This document shows positions 61,620-64,000 of a stretch of DNA of 64,000 nt, in pieces. Under the pieces are notes generated by a model. That model was given only the letters and a program-made list of their open reading frames with translations. It had not been told where the DNA came from and searched no databases. The DNA lies in NCBI RefSeq assembly GCF_052425735.1, contig NC_135762.1, forward strand, positions 8,928,001-8,992,000, in the 5' to 3' direction. This DNA is from Oculina patagonica. Its lineage: Eukaryota. Positions within the stretch are counted from its first letter, which is position 1, and every line of letters starts with the position of its first letter. Both the position numbers and the translations under genes were made by a program.

Positions 61620-62534
61620 TTAATCCTTCTTACAAAACAATATGTTTCTAAACTCCTTCCGCATGGCTCGATTCATGACTCCATAAATTATAGGATTAAT
61701 CCACGCTGAGGTAGAACAGAACAACGGATAAATCGATTGTGCAGAAGAAGGAATAGATACTTGAAAACCAAATTCTAATATTGCTAAGACGATAAAAGGC
61801 ATCCAGCAAATAAAAAATCCAACAACAGCAGCAAAAAGGATTCGAGAGGATTTTATCTCTTGTGAAATAATTATCCCGCGGCCGTTTGCTTCTCGTAGAG
61901 TTGGGGCGACAGCGATGTTGTGCCGTTTGACAACACGATGGATGCTACCATAACAAAATACCACCAGTGACAAGGGAACGATGTAAAAACTTGCAAAGAA
62001 GAGATAGGAAATCCTCTCTGAGCGTTCATCGGGAAATGTTGCTCTGCAGTATAAGTTGTCAGGAATCCAGCGATAAATGATAGGTGTGGCAAAAATATAT
62101 ATCAGTGTCTGTACAGCCGAAAAAATCCATACAGCAAGAATTGAACGAACAGTCTTCTTTTTAGTGAAGAACATTAAGTATTTATGTGGCTTCACAACAC
62201 AAAAATAGCGATTTATTGATGCAAGTGCCAGGATGCAAACTGACACATGAACCCAGTACTGCACAACAAAGCCAGAAAATTGGCAAAGATTGTAATCAAA
62301 TGGCCATTTTCGCAGCCCGGAAGAGATTACTTGGAAAGGAAAACTAAAAGTCGCCATCATTATATCAGCCACTGCCAGAGACAACACGTAGAAATTGGTT
62401 ATAATGCGAAGTCTCCTGTTTCGGTAGATAGCGAGGAAAATGAAGGAGTTTCCTACAAGTGACAAAATAGTCGCTTGACTGAGAATAACAGTGTGTATAA
62501 CGACCTCCGCCAGTCTTCTGGTGTCTTCTTCCAT
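61620..62534 (-). CDS. Class A GPCR subtype C (C3)
   Basis: Near-identical protein to C1; intact. Confidence 0.95.
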   Translation of the reverse strand: MEEDTRRLAEVVIHTVILSQATILSLVGNSFIFLAIYRNRRLRIITNFYVLSLAVADIMMATFSFPFQVISSGLRKWPFDYNLCQFSGFVVQYWVHVSVCILALASINRYFCVVKPHKYLMFFTKKKTVRSILAVWIFSAVQTLIYIFATPIIYRWIPDNLYCRATFPDERSERISYLFFASFYIVPLSLVVFCYGSIHRVVKRHNIAVAPTLREANGRGIIISQEIKSSRILFAAVVGFFICWMPFIVLAILEFGFQVSIPSSAQSIYPLFCSTSAWINPIIYGVMNRAMRKEFRNILFCKKD

Positions 62535-64000
62535 TGATTTCCTGTTTAAAGAATCCTTGGCAAAAACGAGATAAATATTTTAACCAGTTTTTTCAGCTTA
62601 CTAACAAAGTGACTATTTAGTGCGTGCAGCTAATGTAAACTATTTTACACCTGCCACATTCTCGCTGACAGCTTAAGTCCGATTAAAAAAGGCATAATGG
62701 TCAAATTCTTTTTTCTATTTAATCAAATGGCAACAAACACTCTTGTGCATTCTTTCCCTCTAATCACGCTGCATTTTAAAAAGGTTCCTATGTAAAGGTT
62801 AAAAAAAAAACCTTTTAGGAAGATATTTTAACATCGACTTCCTGTCATGAGACACTCGACAACGTGGGCTCGAATCAAGAATTATAAGCCTATTGTAGGC
62901 TTGAAGACAAATATGTTCCCTGACCGTCATAATATTACAGTGATCCTGGTGAAATAATAATAAAGTGATCCTAGTGTAAGTTTAAAATTTAGAGGGAAAT
63001 TTTGGTTGCACCGACAATGGTATTTAAAAAGTTATAGTAATTGGACTGAGTGGAATGCGATTCAGGGAGCAATCCGGAGAGGAATTTGAAATTAGGAGGG
63101 CGATAGCTGTCTAAATTGTAAGACACGTCTGATTATTAATTAGTCGCATCAATAACAAATTTCTAGATTCAAAGTCTGGGAACCTCTAAGAGTGAGAACA
63201 TCAGTGGTAAATTCTATTCATTTTACAAACAGAGTGGAAACAGGAAAAGAGAATCGATTTCCGTGCACGTCTTTGGTGCGTGAATTGCGTAGGTATCCAT
63301 TTACAGGTATCCAATTACAAAACGTTGTAGTCGGACAGTTGTAATTGGACATTCAATACTGCCTTTGTTAATACTCGCACCTAACTGACCTAATTGGTTG
63401 ACAGCAGAACAATTTATCCCAAACAAAAAATTAATTGTATCGCTTGAAGTTTCGAGCCAAAAAAACGCGGCTCCCACTGTCACAACTACTCAGCTCGTTT
63501 AGTTTATTTCTATTCTGAGTAGTTTTTTTGCCTATTTTAGTTAATTTATGTTATGCTGTAATTTATTTTCTATTTAATTTGGCAAAATAAGATGGTTGTT
63601 GTTGTTGTTGTTGTTTGTTGTCACAACTCTGCTTCACTTGCGACTTCGTTTCAGAGAAATGTTCCAAACTTGATCAAAAAAAAAAAGTTGAATGTCAACG
63701 AAACTAATCGACAAATTTAAATTTGAACAATAAAGGAAGGAATTTAAGATAAGATTTAAAGTTTTTTTAATAAAAACTTCACCTTCATCAAGTTCGACCA
63801 ATGTGTGGTGAGTGAAACCGTGACGAACGCTGAAAAGACGCATGGCCCATTGTATCTCGTGTAAAAATGAACATTTCTGGATTCAGAAGCTTGTATTTAC
63901 GGTAGCATTATTTATTAAGGGAAATCGGTATTTTTTCTCGAAACAATTAGAGATCAATTGTGCTTGTGAATAGATCGGACAAAAGGTCCGGTCTGTTTTT

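Larger units (their letters stand above)
15750..63400 (+). repeat. Tandem segmental duplication, unit about 18-21 kb: copy 1 ~15750-34250, copy 2 ~34250-54750, copy 3 ~54750 onward (partial)
   Basis: Same gene order and near-identical intergenic DNA; B ATGs at 17229/35650/56215, C ATGs at 22927/43605/62534. Confidence 0.95.

Noticed and set aside
12435-62534. Opsins or biogenic-amine receptors
   Set aside because: No Lys at TM7 position 7.43 (Ser, Ala or Ile instead) and no Asp in TM3.
12435-62534. Assigning the gene symbol MTNR1A/B
   Set aside because: Only family-level motifs are present; NPxxY rather than NAxxY and no TM5 His. Orthology cannot be shown without a phylogeny.

Overview
Eukaryotic (metazoan) AT-rich genomic DNA. 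It is most likely an anthozoan cnidarian such as a stony coral, inferred from the SINE/MITE repertoire and receptor type but not proven. Left end: the first four coding exons of a tryptophan 2,3-dioxygenase (TDO2) gene on the minus strand. The ORF track misses it; I rebuilt it by splicing. Its 5.8-kb intron 2 holds an antisense 355-aa ORF of unknown function. From about 7 kb to the right end is a tandem array of single-coding-exon class A GPCRs with melatonin-receptor-like motifs (NRY, YRNRRLR, NPxxYG.MN..MRKEF). They fall into five subtypes, called A-E here: 12 open ORFs (one has lost its original start), 2 full-length pseudogenes and 3 deletion relics. The array is an approximately 18-21 kb unit [B+, gap locus, C-, D-, E-, A+, A+] present about 2.4 times, plus shorter A-type duplications. 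Comparing the copies resolves several insertions to the base (a solo LTR, two Helentron/HINE-like elements, MITEs). It also shows mosaic receptors, crossovers inside coding sequences, reciprocal gene decay, a splice acceptor directly before nearly every ATG and a positionally conserved E-box. An N-run sits at the same homologous position in all three unit copies.
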